64,000 bases of DNA from an uncultured bacterium (GTDB lineage Bacteria > Krumholzibacteriota > Krumholzibacteriia > LZORAL124-64-63): NCBI GenBank assembly GCA_963732385.1, contig CAVSZB010000007.1, forward strand, positions 864,001 through 928,000. Direction: 5' to 3'. The notes beneath the pieces were generated by a model. The model worked only from the letters and a program-made list of their open reading frames with translations, made no database searches and had not been told where the DNA came from. Positions 53,943 to 63,998 of the stretch are shown piece after piece. The position numbers and the translations under genes were made by a program. How positions within the stretch are numbered: the stretch's first letter is position 1; every line of letters begins with the position of its first letter.

Positions 53943-56237
53943 CTATTTGAGCAACGTGATCCTGCGCCCGTCCCGCCCGAGCTCCCCCTCGACCCGCACC
54001 AAATAGCTGCCCGACGCGACCGCCGCCCCCTGTGCGTCGAGCCCGCGCCAGACCAACTCCTGCCGCCCCGCCCCGAACGTCTCGTCCGCGAGCGTCGCCA
54101 CGCGCCGTCCGCCGAGGTCGTACACCGTCACCCGCGCCCGCTGCGGACGCGCGAGCACGAACGGGATGCGCACGACCGGGTTGAACGGGTTGGGGTGGGG
54201 GGCGAGCAGCGCCACGGAACGCGACGGTGCAGGGTCGGTCGTGGGCAGGTCGACCGGTAGCGACGACGCGCAGGCCAGCGACAGCACGCGCAGATCGCTC
54301 GCGTCGGCATGCAGGAGCCCGCCCTCGCAGGCATCCAGCGTCCCGTTCCAGGTGAGCGGCCAGACCGTGCCGACGACCGCGAGCCGCGTGGGGTCGGCGA
54401 TGTCCACGACCTGTACGGCATCGAGTTGACCGCCCACATAGAGTCGTGTCCCGACCGCGACTTTGAATTGGGCCGAGCCGGGCAAGGGTATCCTGCCCAG
54501 CACGAGGGGGGCCGAGGGATCCGCGATTCCGATTGCGATGAGTCCGTGTGGGTCCGGCCACCAGGTGCTGCAGTACGCCACCTGCCCGGTGATCAGCACG
54601 GGGCCCGACATCTCCTCGCCCGGCGCGATCGCGCCCAGCGTGACCGGGCGCCACGGGTCGGTCACGTCGAACGTCAACAGCGAGTCCCCGCGCACGACGC
54701 ACGCCACGTCGCCGGAGCGGACCAGATCGCCATTCTGCAGGGCCGCGGGCAGGGGACCGAGGAGAACCGGCGCCCCCGGATCGCGGATGTCCACGAGGCT
54801 CCATCCGTAGGGGGTCTGTACTCCGGACCCCACCAGCACATGATCGCCCCAGACCTGCAGCTCCTTCCAGTTCTGTTCATTGTTTGGGGGAAGCAGGCGG
54901 ACCGTTCCGAGCACCACCGGCCCCGCCGGCGCGGAGACATCGACGACCGTCAGGTCGCCGGCCTGGATCAGCAGGAGGTTGCCCGACTTAGCGAGGCGGC
55001 CGCTGCCCACGTAGGGAATGGCGATGTTCGCCATGACGACGGGCTGAGCCGCCGTGCCCAAGTCGAGGACGACCAGCCTGCTCTCCTGGATTTCGCGGTC
55101 GTTGGCGTTGGCGAAGAGGCAGTACGCAAGCTGTCCGTCGCCAAGTACATCTTCCAGATACCGGCTCGCGAGCAGATCCGCCGGTTTCGGCCAGACACCC
55201 AGCGGCGCCGGCGCGGCCTGCCCGCCGACCCGCCAGGTCTCGATCACGGTGCCGTCGTACTCCTCGGTGAAGGCCATGCGCGCCAGTCCGTCCCGGAGGC
55301 TCGCCCCCGTTGTGAACGCACCGTTGGGACTCCCGCCATGGACGAGGAGGCGCGGCTGCGCCGGCGTCGCCACATCACACAGCCAGAAGTCAAAGTTGGC
55401 GGTGGCGAGCACCGTGCCGCCATCGATGGCGAGTTCGTCGCCCCCAACGCCCTCCAACTGGCCTAGCAGTTGCGGTGATACCGGGTCCGTCAGGTCGAAA
55501 AGCGCCAGGCGATATCCACTCGTGAAGAGACGCCCGGCAGCGATGGCCACGGCGTGGACGTCACCGAGGCCTGCCCGCCGGGCCACGATCTCCGGCCGCG
55601 ACGGCACGGCCAGATCCACGATCACCACGCCGTCACCCGTGCCCACGTACGCCACGCCATCCGCCAGCGCGACGTCATAGCCGCACTCGCCCAGTCCCAG
55701 ACTCCCGACGGTCACGGGCGTCTCGGGAAGTGCGAGGCTCAGGACGCGCAGCGAATCATCCTCGAGCCTCAGCAGCAGATCACCGTCAGTGGCGAGATGA
55801 CTGCCCAACGGCAGGAGCAGCTCGCGCACCACCGCCGGCGCCGTCGGTTCCGCCAGCGAGATCACCTGGAGCGATTGTAAGCCGCCCGCATAGGCGCGCC
55901 GTCCCCGCGCCACGATGTCGTACCGCTGTCCCTCCTGCCCCAGGTCCACGCCGCCGATCTCGACCAGGCGCTCCGGATCGAGCGCGTCGAGGACGCGAAG
56001 CCGATCGTTCGTGTCGTCCGCAACGAACAGGAGCGTGTCCCCCTCGCCCAACCACGTCAGGCCGCGAAGCGTCGCCTCGCTCGACGCGCAGGCCCCTCCC
56101 CACCACCGGCTCGCGATGCAGCGCGGGGCGTCGGTGTAATCGAAGCACGTCTGCGCGTGGGCCGCCGCCGTGAACACCGCCGGCAACGTGGCGATGACGG
56201 CCACGCACGCCGCGTACAGACCCCGTGCTCCGTGCAT
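53943..56237 (-). CDS. Secreted LVIVD-repeat protein with C-terminal FlgD-Ig domain
   Basis: Signal peptide (AAAHAQ); 'VVDVSAP/LVDIRDP' repeats; PNPFNP...WRGLDAQG...SGSYLVRV. Confidence 0.85.
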   Translation of the reverse strand: MHGARGLYAACVAVIATLPAVFTAAAHAQTCFDYTDAPRCIASRWWGGACASSEATLRGLTWLGEGDTLLFVADDTNDRLRVLDALDPERLVEIGGVDLGQEGQRYDIVARGRRAYAGGLQSLQVISLAEPTAPAVVRELLLPLGSHLATDGDLLLRLEDDSLRVLSLALPETPVTVGSLGLGECGYDVALADGVAYVGTGDGVVIVDLAVPSRPEIVARRAGLGDVHAVAIAAGRLFTSGYRLALFDLTDPVSPQLLGQLEGVGGDELAIDGGTVLATANFDFWLCDVATPAQPRLLVHGGSPNGAFTTGASLRDGLARMAFTEEYDGTVIETWRVGGQAAPAPLGVWPKPADLLASRYLEDVLGDGQLAYCLFANANDREIQESRLVVLDLGTAAQPVVMANIAIPYVGSGRLAKSGNLLLIQAGDLTVVDVSAPAGPVVLGTVRLLPPNNEQNWKELQVWGDHVLVGSGVQTPYGWSLVDIRDPGAPVLLGPLPAALQNGDLVRSGDVACVVRGDSLLTFDVTDPWRPVTLGAIAPGEEMSGPVLITGQVAYCSTWWPDPHGLIAIGIADPSAPLVLGRIPLPGSAQFKVAVGTRLYVGGQLDAVQVVDIADPTRLAVVGTVWPLTWNGTLDACEGGLLHADASDLRVLSLACASSLPVDLPTTDPAPSRSVALLAPHPNPFNPVVRIPFVLARPQRARVTVYDLGGRRVATLADETFGAGRQELVWRGLDAQGAAVASGSYLVRVEGELGRDGRRITLLK

Positions 56238-56517
56238 CCGTTTGCTCCCGGTCTGGAAGGGGACAGGCGATCCGCGCGCAGGCGCAAGGGCGCGCAATAC
56301 CCAGGCGCCGCGCAGGCGATTCGTGACGCCAACTCCGCAGGCGGCATGCATGGAACATGCCCTGAAGCGAAGTGTGATGATTGTTTAACGTGCCTAATGA
56401 TACCGCATTGGTGCGCCGGGATTCCCTGGAGGATCCTCGATGTTCGGCCGTGACTGCGGTTTGCCTGAACTCGGCGGATCTTTTGCACGGGGGAAATGCC
56501 CCGGCCCCGCCCGACAG

Positions 56518-56580
56518 TGCGGCAACGACGACTGCGGCCAGATGTCGGCGTGGTACATCTTCAGCGCGATGGGTTTCTAC
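56518..56580 (+). pseudogene. Orphan fragment of a GH92 alpha-mannosidase
   Basis: Encodes CGNDDCGQMSAWYIFSAMGFY, the conserved GH92 C-terminal motif; flanking sequence is unrelated. Confidence 0.75.
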
Positions 56581-56635
56581 AACTACGGCCGTACCAGTCA
56601 AGGGTGGGCGTGCCGGATTTGCGCTCCGACGGAGT

Positions 56636-59600
56636 TCAGGCGCGGACCTCTCCCTTCCGGCCCACCCTCGTCTGGAATCGGTCGAGATAGGTAAAAAACA
56701 CCGGTGTCACGTAGAGCGTTATCAACTGCGAAAAGAGCAGGCCGCCCACGACGCACAAACCGAGCGGCCGCCGCGCCTCCGCCCCCGCGCCCAGTCCCAG
56801 CGCGATCGGCAGGGTGCCCATCAGCGCGGCCATCGTGGTCATCATGATCGGCCGGAAGCGGATGCTGCACGCCTTCACGATGGCCGCCTCGGCGCCCATC
56901 CCTGAGCGCTTCGCGTCGAGCGCGAAGTCGATCATCATGATGGCGTTCTTCTTCACGACGCCGATCAGCATGATCAGGCCGACAAAACTGTACAGGCTCA
57001 GGTCGGTGCGGAAAATCAGCAGGGTCAGCAGCGCGCCGAAGAGGGCGAACGGCAGTCCGGTCAGGATCGTGATCGGGTGGACGAAGCTCTCGTAGAGGAT
57101 GCCCAGGATCAGGTAGATGACGAGAACGGCGAGGATCAGCAGGGCCGCCAGGCCGGACTGCGAAGCCTTGAACGCCTGCGCGGTGCCCGCGAAGCTCGTG
57201 ACGATGGACGAAGGCAGCGTATCGCGCGCGACCCTGTTGACGATCGCCACCCCCTCGCTCAACGCCACCCCCTCGCCGAGGTTGAAAGACACCGTCACCG
57301 ACGGCAACTGCCCCGAGTGGTTCACGGTGAGCGGGCCCAGACCGGTCTCGATGCGGGCGAGCGAGGACAACGGCACCAACCCGCCGTCCACGGCGCGCAC
57401 GTGGAGCCGGGCGAGGGCCTCCGGATCACGCTGGCGTTCCGGCAGCAGTTCCATCAGCACGTAGTACTGGTTGTTGGGCGCCAGGATGGTCGACACCTGG
57501 CGGGTGCCGAACGCCGAGTAGAGCGCGTTCTCGATCGCCTGCGGCGTCACGCCGAGCGAGGCGGCGCGGTCGCGATCGATGATCACATCCACCTCGGGAT
57601 TGCTCACGCGCAGGTCGCTGTTGATGTCACGCAGTTTCGCTTCCTGCCGCAGCCGCGACTCGAACGCGGGGGCGGAGGCGTACAACGCCTCCAGGTCGGA
57701 CGACTGCAGCGTGAACTGGTAGAGGCCCGACGCGAAACGCGCGCCGACGTTGATGGCTGGCGGGTTGGCGAGGAACACGCGGATGCCCGGGATCCGGGCC
57801 AGCCGTCCGCGCAGGCTGCTGACGACCTGGTCGGCGTTCAGCGGCCGTTCACGGCGCGGCTTCAGGCGCAGGAAGACCCGTCCCTGGTTGCCGGACGTGC
57901 TCGACCCGCCCGCGCCCACGCTCGACATGAAGACCTCGATGTTCGGATCCTGCGCGAGCGCCGCTGCCACCGACTGCTGGTGCGTCTGCATCGCCTCGAA
58001 CGACAGCCCCTCCGCCCCCTCCGTCGTCCCCGTGAGGAATCCGTTGTCCGAGCTGGGGATGAAGCCCTTGGGAACCACGCGAAACAGGATCATGGTGCCG
58101 GCGAACACCGCGACCGACACCAGCAGCGTGGCCACCTTGTGCCGCATCGCCACGGCCAGCGTCCGCTCGTACAGCGCGAGGCCGCCCACCCACACCCGCT
58201 CGATGCCGTCGTACATCCGGTTATGCTTCATCTTCTGGGGCCGCAGGAATCGACTGCACATCATCGGCGTCAGCGAGAGCGACACGAATCCCGAGACCAG
58301 GATCGCCGCCATGATGACGACCGCGAACTCCCGGAACAGGCGCCCCATGATCCCGCCCATGAACAGGATCGGGATGAACACCGCGGCCAGCGACAGCGTC
58401 ATCGACACGATGGTGAACCCGACCTCGCGCGCCCCCTCGACGGCGGCCGCGAACGGCGTCTTTCCCATCTCCATGTGCCGGTAGATGTTCTCCAGCATCA
58501 CGATGGCATCGTCCACGACGAAGCCGACCGACAGAGTCAGGGCCATCAGCGACAGGTTGTCGAGGCTGTAGCCCAGCAGCGACATCACCGCGAACGTGCC
58601 GGCGATCGACATCGGCAGGGCGAGACTGGGGATCACGGTGGCGGAGAGGTTGCGCAGGAACAGGAAGATCACCAGGATCACGAGGCAGAGTGTCAGCACG
58701 AGGGTGCCCTTGACATCGCGGACCGACTCGCGGACCGGCTGGGCACGGTCGAACATCACGGTCAGCTTCGTGGAGGCCGGCAGCTGGCTCTGGAAGCTGG
58801 GCAGCAGCGCCTGAACCGCCCGCGACACCGCATCGGTGTTCGTGCCGGGCTGACGCTGCACCGCCAGCATGATCGCACGCTCGTTGTTGAACCAGCTGGC
58901 GACCTTGTCGTTCTGGACGCTGTCGAAGACGCGACCGAGGTCCTGCAGACGGACCGGCGAGCCGTTGCGATACGCCACCACGATCGGCCGGTACTCCGCC
59001 GCCGTGTTCAGCTGGCCGGTGGCCCGTATGGTGTAGACCTTGTCGGGGCCCCACAGCGTGCCGGTCGGCAGATTGACGTTGCCCGCCTGGATCGCCTGCA
59101 CCACCTCGTCGATGCCGATGCCGCGCGAGGAGAGCGCCAGCGGATCGAGCTGGATGCGAACCGCGTACTTCTGCGAGCCGTAGACCTGAACCTGGGCCAC
59201 GCCGCTCACCATCGAGATGCGCCGGGCGATCAGCGTCTGCGCGTATTCGTCCACCGTCGACAGCGGCAACGCCGGCGAGGTGAGCGCGATGTAGAGGATC
59301 GGCTGGTCGGCCGGGTTCACCTTCCGGTAGGACGGCGGCGACGGCAGGTCGCTCGGCAGCTGTCGCTGCACCGCGGCGATAGCGGCCTGCACGTCCTGGG
59401 CGGCGGCGTCGATGTTGCGCTCCAGGCTGAACTGGATGGTGATCGACGTCGAGCCCAGGCCGCTCGTGGAGGTCATGTTGTCGATGCCGGCGATCGTGGA
59501 GAACTGTTTCTCGAGCGGCGTGGCCACTGCCGAAGCCATCGTTTCCGGGCTGGCGCCGGGCAGGCTCGCCGACACCGAGATCGTCGGGAAGTCCACGTTC

Positions 59601-59704
59601 GGCAGGTCGCTTACCGGCAGTTGCCGGTAGCCGATGACGCCCGCCACGAGGATGGCCAGCATGACGAGCGTCGTCATGACCGGCCGGCGAATGAAGAGGC
59701 TCAT
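56636..59704 (-). CDS. RND efflux permease (MdtB/MdtC-like)
   Basis: FIRRPV.T, PGASPETMAS, GFVVDDAIV, GVVKKNAIMMIDFA and RFRPIMMTT motifs. Confidence 0.95.
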   Translation of the reverse strand: MSLFIRRPVMTTLVMLAILVAGVIGYRQLPVSDLPNVDFPTISVSASLPGASPETMASAVATPLEKQFSTIAGIDNMTSTSGLGSTSITIQFSLERNIDAAAQDVQAAIAAVQRQLPSDLPSPPSYRKVNPADQPILYIALTSPALPLSTVDEYAQTLIARRISMVSGVAQVQVYGSQKYAVRIQLDPLALSSRGIGIDEVVQAIQAGNVNLPTGTLWGPDKVYTIRATGQLNTAAEYRPIVVAYRNGSPVRLQDLGRVFDSVQNDKVASWFNNERAIMLAVQRQPGTNTDAVSRAVQALLPSFQSQLPASTKLTVMFDRAQPVRESVRDVKGTLVLTLCLVILVIFLFLRNLSATVIPSLALPMSIAGTFAVMSLLGYSLDNLSLMALTLSVGFVVDDAIVMLENIYRHMEMGKTPFAAAVEGAREVGFTIVSMTLSLAAVFIPILFMGGIMGRLFREFAVVIMAAILVSGFVSLSLTPMMCSRFLRPQKMKHNRMYDGIERVWVGGLALYERTLAVAMRHKVATLLVSVAVFAGTMILFRVVPKGFIPSSDNGFLTGTTEGAEGLSFEAMQTHQQSVAAALAQDPNIEVFMSSVGAGGSSTSGNQGRVFLRLKPRRERPLNADQVVSSLRGRLARIPGIRVFLANPPAINVGARFASGLYQFTLQSSDLEALYASAPAFESRLRQEAKLRDINSDLRVSNPEVDVIIDRDRAASLGVTPQAIENALYSAFGTRQVSTILAPNNQYYVLMELLPERQRDPEALARLHVRAVDGGLVPLSSLARIETGLGPLTVNHSGQLPSVTVSFNLGEGVALSEGVAIVNRVARDTLPSSIVTSFAGTAQAFKASQSGLAALLILAVLVIYLILGILYESFVHPITILTGLPFALFGALLTLLIFRTDLSLYSFVGLIMLIGVVKKNAIMMIDFALDAKRSGMGAEAAIVKACSIRFRPIMMTTMAALMGTLPIALGLGAGAEARRPLGLCVVGGLLFSQLITLYVTPVFFTYLDRFQTRVGRKGEVRA

Positions 59705-60873
59705 CGGGAGCCTCCCTGCGCCGGCTGGGCCGGTTTCACGTCCACGACCGTCCCCGGCACGAGCCGCATCTGACCGTCGGTCACGACCGTTTCGCCGTCG
59801 CTCAGGTCGCCCGTCACGACGGTGAGTCCGTCGAGGGTGCGATCCACCTGCACGACGCGCTTCTCAGCCTTGCCGTCGGCGCCGACGACGAAGACGAACG
59901 GGCCCTCCCGTCCGGTCACGACGGCGGCGGCCGGCACGGTCAGCGCGGTCGACTCGACCGCGAGGACCAGAGCGACGTCCAAGAACTGCCCCGGCCAGAG
60001 CGCGCCGTCGAGGTTCGGGAACTCCGCCTTCAGCATCACGGTGCCGCTGCCGCCATCGACGGCGTTGTCCACGAAGACCAGGCGACCGCTGAGCTCCTCG
60101 CCCGCGCCGTCGCGCGACGACCGCGCGCGCACCGCGAGCGCTCCGCCGGCCGCGTGCTTCCGCACGAGCGGCAGCTGGTCGCCCGGCACGGCGAAATTGA
60201 CGCGGATCGGACGCAACTGGTTGACGACGACCAGCGGAGCGCCGTTGGGCGCGACGACATTCCCCTTCTTCACCAGGATGCTCCCCGTGCGGCCGGCCAC
60301 CGGCGACGACACGGTGGCGTAGGCAAGGTTCAACTTCGCCTGCTCCACCGCCGCGCGATCGGCCTGCACGGCGGCCCGGAAAACGTCCGCCTGGGTGCGG
60401 GCGGCATCGAACTGCTCGCGCGTCACGTAGTCCTTGGCCACCAGCCGCTCGTAGCGCGCGGCCTGGGCGGCAGCGTTGGCGGCCTGCGCCTCATCGCGCG
60501 CGAGCTGGGCCTGAGCCGCCGCGAGCGCCGCCTGCAGCGGCCGCGGGTCGATCTGGAACAGCGGCTCGCCCGCCCCGACGTCAGCGCCCTCAATGAATGC
60601 CACGCGCGTGATCACGCCTCCCACCTGCGGACGGACCGCCACCGACTCGATCGGCTCGACCGTCCCCACCGCCTCCAGCAGCAACGGCACGGACTGCACC
60701 TTCACCGCACCGGTCACGACCGGCACGGGCGGTGCCTTCGCGACCGGCCTGGCGCCCAGGCCCGCGAGGGCGAGCACGGCGGCGAGCAGCGTCAGCAGGG
60801 GAGCGGGGCCGGCCTGGGCGGCACGCGGCCGCCGCGGGCCCGCCGGCGCGGAGCGACTGGTCATCGCCGTCAT
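59701..60873 (-). CDS. RND periplasmic adaptor (MdtA-like)
   Basis: VRPQVGG, LFQIDPRP, SPVAGRTG, DNAVD, LWPGQF and VVTDGQ motifs. Confidence 0.92.
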   Translation of the reverse strand: MTAMTSRSAPAGPRRPRAAQAGPAPLLTLLAAVLALAGLGARPVAKAPPVPVVTGAVKVQSVPLLLEAVGTVEPIESVAVRPQVGGVITRVAFIEGADVGAGEPLFQIDPRPLQAALAAAQAQLARDEAQAANAAAQAARYERLVAKDYVTREQFDAARTQADVFRAAVQADRAAVEQAKLNLAYATVSSPVAGRTGSILVKKGNVVAPNGAPLVVVNQLRPIRVNFAVPGDQLPLVRKHAAGGALAVRARSSRDGAGEELSGRLVFVDNAVDGGSGTVMLKAEFPNLDGALWPGQFLDVALVLAVESTALTVPAAAVVTGREGPFVFVVGADGKAEKRVVQVDRTLDGLTVVTGDLSDGETVVTDGQMRLVPGTVVDVKPAQPAQGGSR

Positions 60874-62360
60874 GGTTCCACCTCGGGGTGCAGGTTGTCC
60901 GGGGACAGGGGATTCGCGCCGTGCAGACCGAGCACGCCCGCGTCGCGGGCGAGCTGCGCCAGTGCCGTGAACCAGCCAAGCCGCGCGTTGATCTGCTGGG
61001 CGCGCGCCGCGGCGAGCGCACGCTGCGCCGACAGCAGCTCCAGGACGTCACCCACGCCCTCGCGATAGCGCCCCAACGCGACCGCTTCGGACTCGCGGGC
61101 GCTGGCCAGCAGTTCGTCGGCCGTCTGCACGCGCTCGGTGGCGGTAAGGAAATCGCTGTGCGCGGTGAAGACCTCGTAGATCACCTGCTGCTCGACCCCG
61201 CGCGTGCGCTCGGCGGCGGCATCGGCCTCGGCCCGCGCCCGCGCCAGGTCGTGCCGACCCGAAAATCCGGCGAACAGCGGGATGTTGAGCACGAGCGCGC
61301 CGCTCAGGCGATCCAGCGGATCGTCCACACCGTCGGTCCAGGTCCGACCGGTCGAGCCGCTCACCGACAGCGCCGGCAACAGGTCCGAGCGGGCGCTCTT
61401 CGCGCGGGCCGCGGCGGCCTGCGCCTGCGCCTGCGCGGCCCGCAGGTCGGGTCGCGTGGCCACGGCCTGCGCGATCAGCTCCTCCACCGTGCGCGCCAGA
61501 CCGTCGACCGGGATGTCGGGCGTGTCGATCGCGATGTCGTACGGCACGTTCGCCGGGTAGCCCATCGACACGGCGAGCGCCCCCTTCGTGGTGCGCACCT
61601 GCCCCTCCGTGGTCTGCAGATCCAGCTTGACCTGCGCGCGGGCCGTGCGCGCCTGCAGCACGTCGGCGATCGTGGCCAGGCCGACCTCGTGCCGCGCCTC
61701 CGCCGCGACGACGCTGCTCTCCGCCTCGGCATACGACACGCGGTTCGCCTCGAGGATCGCCTGCGCCCCCCCGTAGCGGTAGAAGGCCGTCTCCACGGCC
61801 AGGATGGCGTCCTGGAGAACGGCGTTGTGTGTCCAGTCGGCCGCCAGCATCGCCTGCTTCGCCGCCTCGACCCGCCCTCCGCGCCCGCCAAAATCGAGCA
61901 GCAGCCACGAGAGCCCCGCCGCGGGCCCGTAAGTCGTGGACCACGGGGACGTTCCGGTCGCGCCGTCGGTCGTCCGGCTCTGCGCGGAGCCGCCATTGCC
62001 CCGCGTGAGCGCGGCGCTGCCGTTGATCGTCGGCAGACGACTCCCCCGCACGGAGCCATAACCCGCCGCCGCGGCCCTGGCGTCGGCCCAGGCCGCGCGC
62101 GTGACCGGGCTGTTGGCCAGCGCAATGTCCACGACCTCGGCCAGCGTGAGGCGCGCCAGCCGCTCCGCCACTGCCTCGGGCAAGATGGCCGGGCCGACCG
62201 GCGCGCCAGAGACGACTGCTCGCGCCGGCGGCGTCCACGGCTCGGCAGGCGACGGCGCCGTCCCCGCCACCCCGTCCACGCGGGGCGGACTGCTCGCGCA
62301 GCCTGCGGCCAGCAGCGCGGCCAGCGCGAGCGCGGCCGCCGCGCAGGTTCGTGAATACAT
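60870..62360 (-). CDS. TolC-family outer membrane efflux lipoprotein
   Basis: LAAGC lipobox; two OEP repeats (LTLAEVVDIALAN, RPDL, RYREGVG.VLELL). Confidence 0.9.
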   Translation of the reverse strand: MYSRTCAAAALALAALLAAGCASSPPRVDGVAGTAPSPAEPWTPPARAVVSGAPVGPAILPEAVAERLARLTLAEVVDIALANSPVTRAAWADARAAAAGYGSVRGSRLPTINGSAALTRGNGGSAQSRTTDGATGTSPWSTTYGPAAGLSWLLLDFGGRGGRVEAAKQAMLAADWTHNAVLQDAILAVETAFYRYGGAQAILEANRVSYAEAESSVVAAEARHEVGLATIADVLQARTARAQVKLDLQTTEGQVRTTKGALAVSMGYPANVPYDIAIDTPDIPVDGLARTVEELIAQAVATRPDLRAAQAQAQAAAARAKSARSDLLPALSVSGSTGRTWTDGVDDPLDRLSGALVLNIPLFAGFSGRHDLARARAEADAAAERTRGVEQQVIYEVFTAHSDFLTATERVQTADELLASARESEAVALGRYREGVGDVLELLSAQRALAAARAQQINARLGWFTALAQLARDAGVLGLHGANPLSPDNLHPEVEP

Positions 62361-62374
62361 TTCGTCCTCCTGAC

Positions 62375-62605
62375 CGTCCGCCGCACGATCACACAGTTGA
62401 GAAACAGGTCGCGGCGTTCGTCGAAGCAGCCGAGGTTTCGCGCCAGGAACCGCTCGAGCTTCTCCCCCGGTGCCAGCGGCATGGCGAGGATCGGGAACAG
62501 TTCCTCCCCCAGGGGACGGAGCGCCTCATCCCTCGCCGCCGCCAGCAGCTGCTTCCTGTCTTGGAAATGGAGATAGAGCGCACCTTTGGCGAAACCGGAC
62601 TCGGC
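62375..62605 (-). pseudogene. Truncated TetR-family regulator remnant
   Basis: AESGFAKGALYLHFQDRKQLL matches the TetR HTH recognition helix. Helix 1 is missing and the frame runs into tolC without a stop. Confidence 0.7.
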
Positions 62606-62818
62606 GCCAGGTCCGCCCACCTGCCAGTCCGCCACACAAATGACCGGGCCGTCACTATAAGGACCGGACGGTGAGCCGACAAGAGAAGGGGCAGCAGACC
62701 ATCCGCTGGAACTTGCTGAAAATACCCTCCGGGGGCAGGATTCGGCCGATCTCCCCCTTCGATCCACCGGGAGCACGGGCCACCAGAATGATGAGTTTAA
62801 AATATTCGCCGAAAACAC

Positions 62819-62848
62819 TTGACGAGACATGAGTATTTAATTTAACAT
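62819..62848 (+). promoter_or_regulatory. Putative sigma70 promoter
   Basis: TTGACG-N18-TAACAT in an AT-rich patch. Confidence 0.5.
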
Positions 62849-62907
62849 ATAGTCTCGCTCAGAGAGCGTGCACATACTTTATTTGGCGCACCATGCTAGG
62901 GAGGATT

Positions 62908-63096
62908 ATGAAAATCGGCAGCAGCGGGAAGGACAAAGGCCTGAAAAAGCCTTACCGCAAGCCCACTGTGGACTCACGCGGGCTCAAGCTGGGTGTCTAT
63001 GGCGACTACGGTTGCGACGAGAACAAATCCGGCGGCGGCGATGACGATCATGGCGGTCACCGTCACCGTCACCACAACAGACATCACGGCCTCTAG
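62908..63096 (+). CDS. 62-aa peptide, RiPP-precursor-like, with His-rich tail
   Basis: GGGAGG RBS, own promoter and terminator; KKPYRKPTV motif; C-terminal DDDHGGHRHRHHNRHH. Confidence 0.7.
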   Translation: MKIGSSGKDKGLKKPYRKPTVDSRGLKLGVYGDYGCDENKSGGGDDDHGGHRHRHHNRHHGL

Positions 63097-63121
63097 GCTG
63101 AACTGTCCGCCCGTACATTTG

Positions 63122-63160
63122 GAGTCCCGCCGGTCCCCCTGGCCGGCGGGACTCTTTTTT
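63122..63160 (+). terminator. Rho-independent terminator
   Basis: GAGTCCCGCCGG-N9-CCGGCGGGACTC-TTTTTT. Confidence 0.9.
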
Positions 63161-63374
63161 GAGTGCGGGATCCGTGCAGCCGCCGCCGGCAATCCGAACC
63201 GGAATCGTCGCCCTGCGACCGGATGAATCAGGAGATGCAAAGCGCGCCGCGGTCTGCTATGCACGGCCGAACCGACCCCCGACGCGTTCCCGCGCCTGAC
63301 GGCGCCTTCGCCGCCGCAGAATCGCGTCATCCAGACCACCGGCGCACCGCGCCGTCTCCAGGGAGGGAAAGAGG

Positions 63375-63998
63375 ATGCACGAGGAGATGAGGCACGAGGG
63401 GAAAGACATCGAGGCTAGACTGCAGCGGCTGGAACGACAGAACGGGCGGTGGCGATTGGCGACCGTCGTGCTGCTGCTGCTGGCGGGGGGCGCGCTGCTG
63501 ACCGCGCAGGCGCCACTGCAGAGGCCGGTGGCCCTGGCCCAGCCGGCGAACGTGCCGATCACGACCTCGGCGTTGACGGCCGACAAGATCGTCCTGCGCG
63601 ACGCCGCCGGACGCGTCCGCGCGCGACTCGAGATGGACACCGAGCGCGGCGGCCCCGTGCTGACGATGGCCGACGATTCCGGCGTCGAGCGCCTGCGCCT
63701 CGGGCTCCAGGGCGAGCAGGGCGGCAACGCCAACGGCGTGCACCCCGCCAGCTCATTCCTGATCCTGCAGGACCTCGCGCAGAAACCGCGCCTGATGCTG
63801 ACGTTCGCCGAGGAGGTGACGCGGCGCGGCGGCCAGGTCACCGCCGAAGACAAGCGCTGCGAAACCTTCCTCTGCAGCCGCGATCAGGCCACCCAGGTCC
63901 GCCTCCGCTGCATCGACGACGACGTCATGAGCCTCACCAAACGCTACGCCAACCGCGACGGCATCCATTACGCGAAGTTCTTCCCGTACGAGAAGTAG
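63375..63998 (+). CDS. Hypothetical membrane-anchored protein
   Basis: IEARLQRLERQN coiled coil, a TM helix and 'LRDAAGRVRARL' beta-hairpin repeats. Confidence 0.7.
   Translation: MHEEMRHEGKDIEARLQRLERQNGRWRLATVVLLLLAGGALLTAQAPLQRPVALAQPANVPITTSALTADKIVLRDAAGRVRARLEMDTERGGPVLTMADDSGVERLRLGLQGEQGGNANGVHPASSFLILQDLAQKPRLMLTFAEEVTRRGGQVTAEDKRCETFLCSRDQATQVRLRCIDDDVMSLTKRYANRDGIHYAKFFPYEK

Noticed and set aside
56374..56389. CRP/FNR-like site TGTGA-N6-TTTAA
   Set aside because: Only one half-site matches.
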